In this document: one piece after another, positions 28,829 to 38,689 of the stretch
Layout of the letters: each line of letters opens with the position of its first letter
How positions within the stretch are numbered: the stretch's first letter is position 1
Assembly: GCA_002376005.1 (NCBI GenBank)
Contig: DFNJ01000033.1
Span: forward strand, 16,026 to 80,025
DNA length: 64,000 nt
Direction: 5' to 3'
Source of the DNA: Firmicutes bacterium UBA3570
GTDB taxonomy: Bacteria; Bacillota; Sulfobacillia; UBA3561
The notes under the pieces: generated by a model
Databases searched by the model: none
The model's input: the letters and a program-made list of their open reading frames with translations, nothing else
Told to the model about the DNA's origin: nothing
Translations under genes and position numbers: made by a program

Positions 28829-30019
28829 TTGTATCCTGAGCGGTGGGCGGAGCTGTCCGTGCAAACGGAGCTGACGGTCATCGGCCTGATGTCCGGAACC
28901 TCGGCGGACGGGGTGGACGCGGCGTGCGTTCGCATTCGGAGGAGCCAGGAGCACCTGGAGGTGGAGCTGCTGGCCCACCTGACCCGGCCCCTTCCCGACT
29001 GGTGGCGGGCCCTGGTGTGTCGGGCGGCGCGGTCGGAGCTGGGGGTTGCCGAGGTCTGCCTGGCCAATCAGGTGGGAGGGGAACTCTTCGCCGAGGCCGC
29101 CCTGTCGGTGGCGGAGGCGGCGGGGATGGCGGCCAGCGAAATCCACCTGGTGGGATCTCACGGTCAGACCGTTTTTCACTGTCCCGCTCCCCGGTCCCTG
29201 GGTGACCGCCGGGTCCGCTGCACCCTGCAGGTGGGGGACATCAGCGTCATCGCCGCGCGTACCGGTATCATCACCGTGGGGGACTTCCGGCAGGCGGACG
29301 TGGCGGCGGGCGGTCAGGGGGCACCCCTGGTGCCCCTGGTGGACTACCTCCTTTTCCGGAGCGACCACCGCGACCGGATCATCCAGAACATCGGCGGCAT
29401 CGCCAACCTCACCTGGCTCCCGGCGGGCGGCAGTCGACACCAGGTGCTGGCTTTCGACACCGGGCCGGGGAACGTCCTGATCGATGCGGTCACCAGGCGG
29501 CTGGCCGGTCGGGCCTATGACGTGGGCGGCGCGATGGCTCGGAGGGGGCGTCCGTGCCCGGAGCTGCTGGCCTGGCTGCTGCAGCACCCGTACTACCGAA
29601 AGTCCCCGCCCAAGTCCACCGGGCGCGAGGAGTTCGGCGACCAGTACGTGACCCAGCTCCTGGAGCGGGCCCGCGGGTTGAGTCCCGAAGACGTGGTGGC
29701 CACGGTGACTCAACTCACCGCCTTGACCATCGCCGATGCTTACCGGCGCTTCCTGCCGCCGCCGCGCAGCGGCGTGGCCGAGGTCTACGTGTCCGGGGGT
29801 GGTGCCCAGAACCCCACATTGATGGAGTGGCTGACGCGGCTTCTGCGGCCCTGGCCGGTCCGGCCTCACGAGGAACTGGGCATTCCGGGAGCGGCGAAGG
29901 AGGCGGTGGCTTTCGCCGTGCTGGCTGCCCTGGCGGCGTGGAGGGTTCCCGGTAGCCTGCCCCAGGTCACCGGTGCCTCCCGCCCGGTGGTGCTGGGCAA
30001 GGTGGCATTTCCACCCTGA
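28829..30019 (+). CDS. anmK: Anhydro-N-acetylmuramic acid kinase
   Basis: GLMSGTSADGVDAA, GSHGQT, GGQGAPLVP, NIGGIAN, FDTGPGN, PKSTGRE, KEA.AFA. Confidence 0.95.
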   Translation: MYPERWAELSVQTELTVIGLMSGTSADGVDAACVRIRRSQEHLEVELLAHLTRPLPDWWRALVCRAARSELGVAEVCLANQVGGELFAEAALSVAEAAGMAASEIHLVGSHGQTVFHCPAPRSLGDRRVRCTLQVGDISVIAARTGIITVGDFRQADVAAGGQGAPLVPLVDYLLFRSDHRDRIIQNIGGIANLTWLPAGGSRHQVLAFDTGPGNVLIDAVTRRLAGRAYDVGGAMARRGRPCPELLAWLLQHPYYRKSPPKSTGREEFGDQYVTQLLERARGLSPEDVVATVTQLTALTIADAYRRFLPPPRSGVAEVYVSGGGAQNPTLMEWLTRLLRPWPVRPHEELGIPGAAKEAVAFAVLAALAAWRVPGSLPQVTGASRPVVLGKVAFPP

Positions 30020-30075
30020 GGTAGCATTCCTTCCCTGCAGGGGGGTGCACTGCCGGTGGAGAAGGCTTCTGTGGT

Positions 30076-30912
30076 ATGGGCCGGCGGATGTGGGTGGGAT
30101 GGGTGGTGGTCATCGCCCTCTTCGCCTCCGTGGGGATACAGGCCCGCTGGATGGCGGGGTCGGAGAGATGTTTCGTGACCGGCGGTAACCCGGACCCCAA
30201 CCGGGCAGTGCTGCGAGTCCTCACCCTCAATATGCGACATGCCCGCGGTCCCGATGGCGTGGTTTCGCTCGAGAGGGTGGCCCGGGCCATCGAGGCGTAC
30301 CAACCCGACCTGGTAGCCCTGCAGGAGGTGGACCGGTGGCTGTCCCGCAGCGGATGGGTTCATCAAGCCACGTGGCTGGGGGAGCGCCTGGGCATGTACT
30401 GGGTGTTTGGGGAAAACCTGCGGGTGGGACTGGGTGGCTACGGCAACGCCCTGCTCAGCCGGTATCCCATCGTGGATTTTGACAATCACCGGCTCAGCAG
30501 CTCGTCAGAACCGCGTGGGTGCCTGGAGGTCACCGTGAGGTGGGGGGAACAGCTGGTGACGGTGTTCGTCGTGCACCTGGGGGTGGACGAGGAGGAGCGA
30601 CGCCGGCAGCTGGCCACGCTGGAGACGGTAACGCTGGGTCAGGGACCGGTCATCCTGTGTGGCGACTTCAACGATGAGGACCTCCCGGAGCTGGACGCGG
30701 GATGGCGCTGGCTGCGGACGAGCGCGACCTTTCCCGCCTGGGGGCCGGTTGCCACCATCGATCGTGTCTACGTGTCGGAGGCGTGGAGACGGGCCGAGGC
30801 CCAGGTGGTGGAAGTGGGGGTATCCGATCACCACGCGGTGCTGGCCACCATGGGTCTGGGGGACTGGGGTGAGCGCAGCCGCCAGGATGAGGCACCGGGT
30901 CGCGGTGGGTGA
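30076..30912 (+). CDS. Endonuclease/exonuclease/phosphatase (EEP) family protein with N-terminal anchor
   Basis: LTLN, LQEVD, GNALLSRYPI, GDFN, ID.VY, SDH; hydrophobic N-terminus. Confidence 0.85.
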   Translation: MGRRMWVGWVVVIALFASVGIQARWMAGSERCFVTGGNPDPNRAVLRVLTLNMRHARGPDGVVSLERVARAIEAYQPDLVALQEVDRWLSRSGWVHQATWLGERLGMYWVFGENLRVGLGGYGNALLSRYPIVDFDNHRLSSSSEPRGCLEVTVRWGEQLVTVFVVHLGVDEEERRRQLATLETVTLGQGPVILCGDFNDEDLPELDAGWRWLRTSATFPAWGPVATIDRVYVSEAWRRAEAQVVEVGVSDHHAVLATMGLGDWGERSRQDEAPGRGG

Positions 30913-30924
30913 GGGTGGTTGCTG

Positions 30925-31824
30925 ATGGCGCATGGCGTGGATCGCGACGACCGGATCCGGCTGGTCATCGTTACCGGTCTCTCCGGCGCCGGTAAAACTC
31001 AGGCGTTGAGGGCCCTGGAGGACATGGGTTTTTTTTGCGTGGACAACCTACCTCCCAGCTTGCTCCCTAAATTCGGGCAACTATGCGTGGAATCGGGGGG
31101 AGAGATCCGGGACATCGCCCTGGTCATCGACATACGCGGGGGCCAGTTTTTCGATTCCCTGGCCGATGCCCTCGCCGAGGTGGAGCGCATGGGGTTGCAG
31201 CCCCGCATTTTGTTCCTGGAGGCCACCGACGAGGTCCTGGTGAGGCGTTTCAAGGAGACCCGTCGGCGTCATCCCCTGGCGCCGCAGGCGCGGGTGCTGG
31301 AGGGCCTGCGCATGGAGCGGGCCCGGCTCGAGCTCCTCAAGGAGAGGGCGCAGTTCATCATCGACACCACCGACCTGACTCCCGCTCAGCTGCGCCGCGA
31401 GGTGGAGGAGATTTTCGCCGGCGGGGCCAGGGAGGGGCGGCTGGTCATCACCGTGGTCAGCTTCGGGTTCAAGTACGGCCTCCCCCTGGATGCGGACCTG
31501 GTCTTCGACGTTCGGTTTCTGCCCAATCCTCATTACGTGGAAGAATTGCGGGAGCTTCCGGGCACTGATGAGGCGGTGGCGAAATACGTCATGAGCAGGG
31601 GCATCTCCCGGGCTTTCATCAGGAGGCTCCAGCGCTTCACCGAGTTCCTGCTGCCTCATTACCTCAACGAGGGGAAGACCCAGCTCACCATCGCGGTGGG
31701 CTGCACCGGGGGCAGACATCGCTCGGTGGTGGTGGCGGAGAGGCTTGGCGAGCAGCTACGCCGCACCAAGCATACAGTGCTGATAGAACACCGGGACCTC
31801 GATAAACGGAGTGGCGAGGGCTGA
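30925..31824 (+). CDS. rapZ: RNase adapter RapZ (YvcJ)
   Basis: TGLSGAGKT, VDNLPP, DIRGG, SFGFKYGLPLDAD, DVRFLPNP, GCTGGRHRSV. Confidence 0.96.
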   Translation: MAHGVDRDDRIRLVIVTGLSGAGKTQALRALEDMGFFCVDNLPPSLLPKFGQLCVESGGEIRDIALVIDIRGGQFFDSLADALAEVERMGLQPRILFLEATDEVLVRRFKETRRRHPLAPQARVLEGLRMERARLELLKERAQFIIDTTDLTPAQLRREVEEIFAGGAREGRLVITVVSFGFKYGLPLDADLVFDVRFLPNPHYVEELRELPGTDEAVAKYVMSRGISRAFIRRLQRFTEFLLPHYLNEGKTQLTIAVGCTGGRHRSVVVAERLGEQLRRTKHTVLIEHRDLDKRSGEG

Positions 31825-31889
31825 CGCGCCGGGGCAAGAGGAATAGCAGGCGCCGTGGGCGGGCAGCCCCCAGGCAGGGAGGTCGTTTC

Positions 31890-32901
31890 ATGGACGCGGG
31901 GGGATGCGTTGAAGGACTCCCCCTCCAGCGCCGTCCGCGCGTGGTGGCGGTGGGCGGTGGCACCGGGCTGGCGGTGCTCCTCAGAGGACTGAAGGAGCAC
32001 ACCGACGCTATCACCGCCGTGGTGGCGGTATCGGACGACGGGGGGAGCTCGGGAAGGCTGCGGGGCGATCTGGGGATCCTTCCTCCCGGGGACATCCGCA
32101 ACTGCCTGGTGGCCCTGGCGGAGGCAGAGCCCCTGATGAGGAGACTTTTTCAGCACCGTTTCAGCGGCAACCACCAGCTAGCCGGGCATAGCTTCGGGAA
32201 TCTGTTCATAGCGGCGTTGACCGAGGTGACCGGGGATTTCGAGGAGGCGATACGCCAGTCCAGCCGCGTGCTGGCCACCCGCGGCCGGGTGCTCCCCTGC
32301 ACCCTGGCTCACGTGACCTTGTGCGCGGAGTTCTCCGATGGCCGGGTGATCCGGGGAGAGAGCAGCATAGCTGCGACCAGAGGCCGCATCCTGCGGGTAT
32401 TCCTGGAGCCGCCCGATCCCCCGGCACTACCGGAGGTCCTGGAGGCAGTTCGGGAGGCGGACCTGGTGGTGCTGGGTCCGGGGAGTCTGTACACCAGCGT
32501 GATCCCTCCCCTGCTGGTGAGGGGAGTGAGGGAAGCGCTCCAGGAGACGAGGGCATGGCGGGTGTACGTGTGCAACATCATGACGCAGCCGGGTGAGACC
32601 GACGGTTACTCGGCATCCGACCACGTCAGGGAACTGTTGTGGCATCTCGAGGGAGCGGTGGTGGATGCAGTGGTGGTCAACGAGCAGCAACCTTCTCCCC
32701 CCATGCGGGCGAAATACCGCGCGGAAGGAGCGGAGCCGGTGCGGGTGGACCGGGAGGCGCTCTCGCAGCTGAATGTGGAGATAGTTGCGGGAATGCTACT
32801 GGCCGAGGGGGGGGCTGGCGCGGCACGATTCCAGCTCGCTGGCGTCGGTGATTCTCAGGCGACTGCGCGCCAGCGGCAGGCGGGGGGTATGCGACCGTTG
32901 A
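31890..32901 (+). CDS. yvcK: YvcK (GlmR)/CofD-family protein, with +1 frameshift at G8 run 32807-32814
   Basis: GGGTGL, DDGGSSG, PPGDIRN, GHSFGNL, GPGSLYTS, NIMTQPGET; conserved RHD C-terminus (LARHDSSSLASVI) lies in the +1 frame ending TGA 32899-32901. Confidence 0.88.
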
Positions 32902-34289
32902 GAAGGGCAAGCTTTCTTCCCGAACCCTACCGGATCAAGATGGTGGAGAGGATCCAGCTACCGGAACGCGACCGCCGTCTCCGCCTGATCCAGGAGGCAA
33001 AGTACAACCCTTTTTGTTTGAGATCCCAGGACGTGTACATTGATCTGCTCACCGACAGCGGGACGGGAGCCATGAGCGACGAACAGTGGGCGGCGCTCAT
33101 GCGCGGTGACGAGGCGTACGCGGGGAGTCGCAGCTACTACCTGCTGGCGGAGGTGGTGAGGGATCTTTTCGGATTCCGCTACGTCATCCCCACTCACCAG
33201 GGTCGCGGAGCGGAGAACCTGCTGATGGGAGCTCTGGTGACTGCCGGGCAGTACGTGATCAACAACATGCATTTTGATACCACCAAGGCTCACGTCCGTC
33301 ATCGGGGCGCAGTACCTCTGGATCTGGTCTGCCGGGAGGGCCGCGACCCGGCCTGCGACGCCCCCTTCAAGGGCAACATGGACCTGGACAAGCTGGAGCG
33401 GGCGCTGGATGAACTCGGCCCCCGGGTGGCGCTGGTCATGATCACGGTGACCTGCAATTCCAACGGGGGACAGCCGGTCTCCCTGGCCAACATCCGGGCG
33501 GTGAGTCGCATTGCTCGCCAGCGCGGCGTTCCGCTGTACATCGACGCCTGCCGCTTCGCGGAGAACGCCTACTTCATAAAGATGCGCGAGCCGGGGCAGG
33601 CCGACCGGTCGGTGGCCGATATTGCCCGGGAAATGATGTCGTACGCCGACGGCTGCACCATGAGCGCGAAGAAGGATGGTCTGGCCAACATCGGGGGGTT
33701 CCTGGCCACCAACTGCGAGGAGGTCTACCGGAAGGCGCGGTCGCTGGCCGTCCTCTTCGAGGGATTCCCCACCTATGGTGGGCTGGCCGGTCGGGACATG
33801 CAGGTCATCGCCCAGGGACTGCGGGAGGTGTTGGACGACGAATACCTCCGGGCCCGGTTGCAGCAGGTGGAGTACCTGGCCCGTTGCCTGGAGGAGGAAG
33901 GAGTTCCCATCGTGCGGCCGCCGGGTGGCCATGCCGTGTACCTGGACGCGGGGCGCTTCGTGCCCCACATACCGCCCGATCAGTTCCCGGCGTGGTCGCT
34001 GTCGGTGGGGGTGTACGCGGAGGGGGGAATCCGGGGCGCGGAGATCGGCACCGTCCTGGCGGGACGCAAGCCGGATGGGCAGCACGATCATCCGCCCATG
34101 GAGTTGTTGCGTCTGGCCATCCCCCGCAGAACGTACACCCGGTCGCACCTGGACTGGGTATGCGAGAGCGTGGTGCGACTGTACCGGAAGCGCGAACAGC
34201 TGGGGGGCTACCGGTTTACCTATGAGCCCCCGACGCTGCGGCATTTCCTGGGGGAATTTGCCCCGGTGAAGGACCAACAATGGCCGTGA
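32889..34289 (+). CDS. tnaA: Tryptophanase (PLP-dependent beta-eliminating lyase)
   Basis: EPYRIKMVE, LLTDSGT, HQGRGAE, MSAKKDG PLP-Lys, GGHAV, RLAIPRR; FDTT (Asp) and LRHF (His) indicate tryptophanase rather than tyrosine phenol-lyase (FTTT, LRFF). Confidence 0.88.
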   Translation: MRPLRRASFLPEPYRIKMVERIQLPERDRRLRLIQEAKYNPFCLRSQDVYIDLLTDSGTGAMSDEQWAALMRGDEAYAGSRSYYLLAEVVRDLFGFRYVIPTHQGRGAENLLMGALVTAGQYVINNMHFDTTKAHVRHRGAVPLDLVCREGRDPACDAPFKGNMDLDKLERALDELGPRVALVMITVTCNSNGGQPVSLANIRAVSRIARQRGVPLYIDACRFAENAYFIKMREPGQADRSVADIAREMMSYADGCTMSAKKDGLANIGGFLATNCEEVYRKARSLAVLFEGFPTYGGLAGRDMQVIAQGLREVLDDEYLRARLQQVEYLARCLEEEGVPIVRPPGGHAVYLDAGRFVPHIPPDQFPAWSLSVGVYAEGGIRGAEIGTVLAGRKPDGQHDHPPMELLRLAIPRRTYTRSHLDWVCESVVRLYRKREQLGGYRFTYEPPTLRHFLGEFAPVKDQQWP

Positions 34290-35182
34290 GGTCATTCTGC
34301 GAGGACGTCAAAGAGGAGCTGCTGCACCTGGCGCTGGGCTCATGCTGCTGCATTCGGGCGGAGTTGGCCGCCTGGGTGATGGTGCTGGGCAGGGGCTCGG
34401 CCCTCCGCGCCAGCCAGCCCGCGGTGGCCCGGCGGCTGTTCGGCCTCATCAAGGAGTGCACAGGAAGGCGGCCCCGGGTCATCCTGCGTCGGGACAAGTA
34501 CGCTGCTAACCGGAGGACGTATGCCATCCGGCTGGCGGGAGCCAGCAACGGTCAGCTGCCGGGGGTGGGAGAGGTGTTGCAGGCGCTTGAGGGTGAGGGG
34601 CTGGCGCGCTGTTGCCTGCAGGCCTACCTGCGGGGCGCTTTCCTCGCCGCCGGTTCGGTGACCAGTCCGGATGGGGCTCACCACCTGGAAATGGTATTGC
34701 CCACTCGTTCGGCGGCGGAAGGGGTGGTGAGGGCGCTGGCGCGGCTTGGGCTGCGGGGGCGGTGCCGCTGCCGAAGGGGCCGCTGGGTGGTGTATCTCAA
34801 GGGAGCGGAGGAGATTGGCCATTTCCTGGCCTTGGTAGGGGCCCATCGTTCGCTGCTGGAGTATGAGAACGTACGCGTGGTCCGCCACCTGCGGGGCCAG
34901 GTTAACCGGGTGGTCAACTGTGAGACGGCCAACCTGGGCAAGGCCATCGAGGCTTCTCTCAGGCAGGTGCAGGACATAAGGGTCATTGCTCAACGGGTGG
35001 GGCTGTCCAGCCTGCCGCCCCATCTGGAGCAGACCGCCCGCGCCCGCCTGGCCCACCCCGAGATGACCATGAGGGAGCTGGGCCAGCTGCTGGATCCCCC
35101 GGTGGGCAAGTCGGGGGTGAGGTACCGCCTGGAGAGGTTGCGCCGGCTGGCGCGACGGCTGTCCGCCAAAACAGCACCGTGA
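34280..35182 (+). CDS. whiA: DNA-binding protein WhiA
   Basis: VKEEL, LRGAFLAAGSV, HLE, VYLK, VNRVVNCETAN, GKSGV..RL. Confidence 0.95.
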   Translation: MAVRSFCEDVKEELLHLALGSCCCIRAELAAWVMVLGRGSALRASQPAVARRLFGLIKECTGRRPRVILRRDKYAANRRTYAIRLAGASNGQLPGVGEVLQALEGEGLARCCLQAYLRGAFLAAGSVTSPDGAHHLEMVLPTRSAAEGVVRALARLGLRGRCRCRRGRWVVYLKGAEEIGHFLALVGAHRSLLEYENVRVVRHLRGQVNRVVNCETANLGKAIEASLRQVQDIRVIAQRVGLSSLPPHLEQTARARLAHPEMTMRELGQLLDPPVGKSGVRYRLERLRRLARRLSAKTAP

Positions 35183-35201
35183 CGCAGGAGATCGGGGATG
35201 T

Positions 35202-35219
35202 TTGTGGAAAAATTCACAG
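35202..35219. promoter_or_regulatory. Rex operator upstream of hdrC
   Basis: TTGTGGA-AAAA-TTCACAG vs Rex consensus TTGTGAA-N4-TTCACAA (16/18 match counting the 4-nt spacer); rex gene in the same cluster. Confidence 0.8.
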
Positions 35220-35250
35220 GCGTGTCCCGCCGGGGAGGACGGGAGGAAGC

Positions 35251-35832
35251 ATGGTTGGCAGCCGCTTGATGAGGCCGGATCTGCAGAAGTCTGAGCGCTT
35301 GAGGCAGCGAATCCAGGAGCTGGCAGGTACCGATGTCGGGCGATGCTATCAGTGCGGCAAGTGCACCGGTGGCTGCCCACTGGTGGAGGCCATGGATTTC
35401 ACCCCTCGCCAGATCATGCGTCTGGTGAACTGGGGTGCGGAGGACGAGGTTCTGCGCTGCCAGACCATATGGGTCTGCGCTACTTGTTTTACCTGCACTG
35501 TCCGTTGCCCCCGCCAAATCAAGGTTGCCGAGGTCATGGAGGCCCTCCGCTCGCTGGCCCGAAGGGAGGGCGTCCGGTCCCCGGCCAGGGACATCCTGCG
35601 GTTTCACCGTCTCTTCCTGGCCATTGTTGGCCGCTTCGGGAGGTTGCACGAGCTGTCCCTGGTGATGGGCTACAAGGTGTTCACCGGGCGCCTGTTTCAG
35701 GACCTGGGGCTGGGCCTGCAAATGTTCCTGCGGGGAAAGCTCTCGCCGGTTCCCGAACGTCCTGGGGGGGCGCGACAACTGGCCAGGATAGTGTCCTGGT
35801 GGGCTGAGCGCGAAAGGAAGGGTGGGCGATGA
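35251..35832 (+). CDS. hdrC: Heterodisulfide reductase subunit C-like 4Fe-4S protein
   Basis: CYQCGKCTGGCP and WVCATCFTCTVRCP; GGGAGG RBS. Confidence 0.9.
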   Translation: MVGSRLMRPDLQKSERLRQRIQELAGTDVGRCYQCGKCTGGCPLVEAMDFTPRQIMRLVNWGAEDEVLRCQTIWVCATCFTCTVRCPRQIKVAEVMEALRSLARREGVRSPARDILRFHRLFLAIVGRFGRLHELSLVMGYKVFTGRLFQDLGLGLQMFLRGKLSPVPERPGGARQLARIVSWWAERERKGGR

Positions 35833-36716
35833 ACTCTTACCTCTACTACCCCGGCTGTTCCCTGGCGGGCACGGCGAGAGAATACGGGCAGTCCACCCTT
35901 GCGGTGCTGAGGCGCCTGGGCTGCGAGATTCCCGAGCTGGATGACTGGACCTGTTGCGGAGCCTCGTCTGCGCACTCACTCGATCACCGACTGGGTCTGG
36001 CACTGGCCGCCCGCAATCTGGCGCTGGCCGAAGCACAGGGGCGGGGGCTGTTGACGCCGTGTGCCGCCTGTTACAGCCGCCTGGCCGCCGCCTGGCACGG
36101 GGTGCGGCAGGGCGGCGAGGTGGCGGAGTGGCTGCGTGAGATCCTGGGCCGGCCCCTCGAGGGAACCTTCCGTCCTCGCTCATTGCTGGAGTTCCTGGTG
36201 GTGGAGATCGGTTCCCATGAGATCGCCCGGCAGGCGGGCGTACCGCTGGACGGCCTGAAAGTTGCCTGCTACTACGGCTGTCTGCTCAGCCGCCCGGCGG
36301 AGTGGGCGATTGACGATGCGGACAACCCCCAGCTCATGGATGGCTTGCTGGAAGAGCTGGGAGCCAGGGCGGTGCCCTGGGCTTACAAGACCGAATGCTG
36401 CGGCAGCTTCCTGGCCCTGGCCCGCACCGCAGTCGTCTTCGGGCTGGTGGAACGGATCGTGGAGGCAGCCCGGGAGGCGGGTGCCGACTGCCTGGTCACC
36501 GCCTGCCCCATGTGCCAGGCCAATCTGGACATGCGACAGAGGCGCGGCCGGCCACCCCTGCCCATCTTTTACTTCACCCAGCTGGTGGGGGTGAGCCTGG
36601 GACTGGCCCCGGAGGTGCTGGGCCTGGACCGGCACATCATCCCCGGGCTGCCGCTGCTGCGGGAGCGAAATCTGGTGTCTGGTCCGGTGGGTCTGAGGGA
36701 GAGGTTGCTCCGATGA
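35829..36716 (+). CDS. hdrB: Heterodisulfide reductase subunit B-like (two CCG domains)
   Basis: YYPGCS, WTCCGA, TPCAACY, YYGCL, ECCG, TACPMCQ. Confidence 0.92.
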   Translation: MNSYLYYPGCSLAGTAREYGQSTLAVLRRLGCEIPELDDWTCCGASSAHSLDHRLGLALAARNLALAEAQGRGLLTPCAACYSRLAAAWHGVRQGGEVAEWLREILGRPLEGTFRPRSLLEFLVVEIGSHEIARQAGVPLDGLKVACYYGCLLSRPAEWAIDDADNPQLMDGLLEELGARAVPWAYKTECCGSFLALARTAVVFGLVERIVEAAREAGADCLVTACPMCQANLDMRQRRGRPPLPIFYFTQLVGVSLGLAPEVLGLDRHIIPGLPLLRERNLVSGPVGLRERLLR

Positions 36717-38689
36717 AGCGGGTGGGCGTGTTCCTGTGCTGGTGCGGATCGAACATCGCGGGCGTGGTGGATATGGATCGACTGCAGGCGGAAGTGGAGC
36801 GGATGCCCGGAGTGGTCCACGTGGAGCAGAACAAGTACACCTGCTCCGACCCGGGCCAGGAGTCCATCCGCCGGGCCATCCGGGAACACCGTCTTCAGCG
36901 GGTGGTGGTGGCGGCGTGCTCGCCACGCATGCACGAACGGACCTTCCGGGCCATGATGCGCACTGCCGGACTCAATCCCTACCTGCTGGAGATGGCCAAC
37001 CTGCGGGAGCACTGCTCCTGGGTCCACCGCGACATCGACGAGGCTACCGCCAAGGCGGTGGACCTGGTGCGGCGGGCGGTGTTCAAGGTGCGGCTGGCTC
37101 GTCCTTTGCAGTCCGGGAAGGTGCCCATCACCCGGAGGGCCCTGGTGCTGGGAGGGGGGATTGCCGGCATACAGGCGGCGCTGGACCTGGCCGACTTCGG
37201 GATACCGGTCGTGCTGGTGGAATCCAGCCCCAGCTTGGGCGGCAGGATGGCCCAGCTGGACAAGACCTTTCCCACCCTGGATTGTTCTTCCTGCATCCTG
37301 ACGCCCAAGATGGTGGAGGTCGCCACCCATCCCTCCATCCGGCTGCTCACCTATTCCGAGGTGGAATCGGTGGAGGGCTACGTGGGCAACTTCAAGGTCC
37401 TGGTGCGCAGGAAGGCCCGGTCGGTGGACGAGCAAAGGTGCACGGGCTGTGGCGAATGCCTGAGCAAGTGCCCGGCCAAGGTGCCCAGCGAGTTCGACCT
37501 GGGGCTGGGCACCCGCGGGGCGATCTACGTGCCCTTCCCTCAGGCGGTGCCCAACGTGCCGGTGATCGACCGCCAGAGCTGCCTCTACTTCACCCGGGGC
37601 CGATGCCGGATCTGCCAGCGCGCATGCCCGGCGGGAGCCATCGACTACCAGCAAGAGGATCGACTGGAGAGCTATGAAGTAGGGGCCATAGTGGTGGCCA
37701 CGGGATACGACCAGTTCGATCCGGCAGCTTACGGTGAGTATGCCTATCGTGCCTCCCCCAACGTGATCACCGGGTTGGAGTTCGAACGCTTGGTCAGTTC
37801 CACCGGTCCCACCGGTGGCCGCATCCTCACGCCGGGGGGCGGGCGAGAGCCCCAGCGGGTGGTGTTCATCAAGTGCGTGGGGTCGCGGGACGAGCAACGG
37901 GGGGCCAGCTACTGTTCCAAGACCTGTTGCATGTACGTCGCCAAACAGGCCATCTTGCTGAAGGAGAAGCTCCCCCGCTGCGAGGTGTACGTGTTTTACA
38001 TGGACGTGCGCGCGGCCGGCAAGGATTACGAGGAGTTCTACCTCCGCGCCCGGGAGATGGGAGTCCAGTACGTGAGGGGTCGGGTGGCGCGGGTGTTCCC
38101 GCACGGCGACCGCCTCCGGATCCGCGCCGAGGATACACTCATAGGCCGACGCCTGGAGCTGGAAGCCGACCTGGTGGTGCTGGCCAGTGCCATGGTGCCG
38201 CGCCCGGACGCCCGCCAGGTGGCGCGGAAGCTGGGCATAGCCGCCAACCAGCACGGTTTCTTCAGCGAAGCCCACCCCAAGCTGCGACCGGTGGAAACGC
38301 ACACCGCGGGGATTTTCCTGGCCGGGGCGGCCCAGGGGCCCAAAGACATACCCGATTCGGTGGCGCAGGCGGGGGCGGCCGCCTCCAAGGCTGCCGCGCT
38401 GCTCAGTCGACAGGAGATGGAGACCGAGCCGGTGGTGGCCGAGGTGAACGAACACTGGTGTTCCGGCTGCCTGCGTTGTGCGCGGGTATGCCCATATAAC
38501 GCCATTTCCGAACGGGAGATCCGGGTGCGGACCGCCGCCGGCGTGCGCACAAAGACGGTGGCCACGGTGAACCCCGGGTTGTGTCAGGGCTGTGGCGCCT
38601 GCGCGGTGGCGTGCCGCGACGGTGCCATGAACCTGGCCGGGTTTGCCGACCAGCAGGTGCTGGCGGAGGTGGATGCCCTTTGTCTGTGA
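36713..38689 (+). CDS. hdrA: Heterodisulfide reductase subunit A (FAD, electron-bifurcating)
   Basis: GVFLCWCG, AACSP..HE, GGGIAG, LDKTFPTLDC, ferredoxin inserts, CVGSRD, CSKTCCMY, GPKDIP. Confidence 0.95.
   Translation: MKRVGVFLCWCGSNIAGVVDMDRLQAEVERMPGVVHVEQNKYTCSDPGQESIRRAIREHRLQRVVVAACSPRMHERTFRAMMRTAGLNPYLLEMANLREHCSWVHRDIDEATAKAVDLVRRAVFKVRLARPLQSGKVPITRRALVLGGGIAGIQAALDLADFGIPVVLVESSPSLGGRMAQLDKTFPTLDCSSCILTPKMVEVATHPSIRLLTYSEVESVEGYVGNFKVLVRRKARSVDEQRCTGCGECLSKCPAKVPSEFDLGLGTRGAIYVPFPQAVPNVPVIDRQSCLYFTRGRCRICQRACPAGAIDYQQEDRLESYEVGAIVVATGYDQFDPAAYGEYAYRASPNVITGLEFERLVSSTGPTGGRILTPGGGREPQRVVFIKCVGSRDEQRGASYCSKTCCMYVAKQAILLKEKLPRCEVYVFYMDVRAAGKDYEEFYLRAREMGVQYVRGRVARVFPHGDRLRIRAEDTLIGRRLELEADLVVLASAMVPRPDARQVARKLGIAANQHGFFSEAHPKLRPVETHTAGIFLAGAAQGPKDIPDSVAQAGAAASKAAALLSRQEMETEPVVAEVNEHWCSGCLRCARVCPYNAISEREIRVRTAAGVRTKTVATVNPGLCQGCGACAVACRDGAMNLAGFADQQVLAEVDALCL

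Noticed and set aside
31890-34289. Novel YvcK-TnaA fusion protein taken at face value
   Set aside because: The conserved YvcK RHD C-terminus is in the +1 frame after a G8 run; treated as a frameshift until reads confirm otherwise
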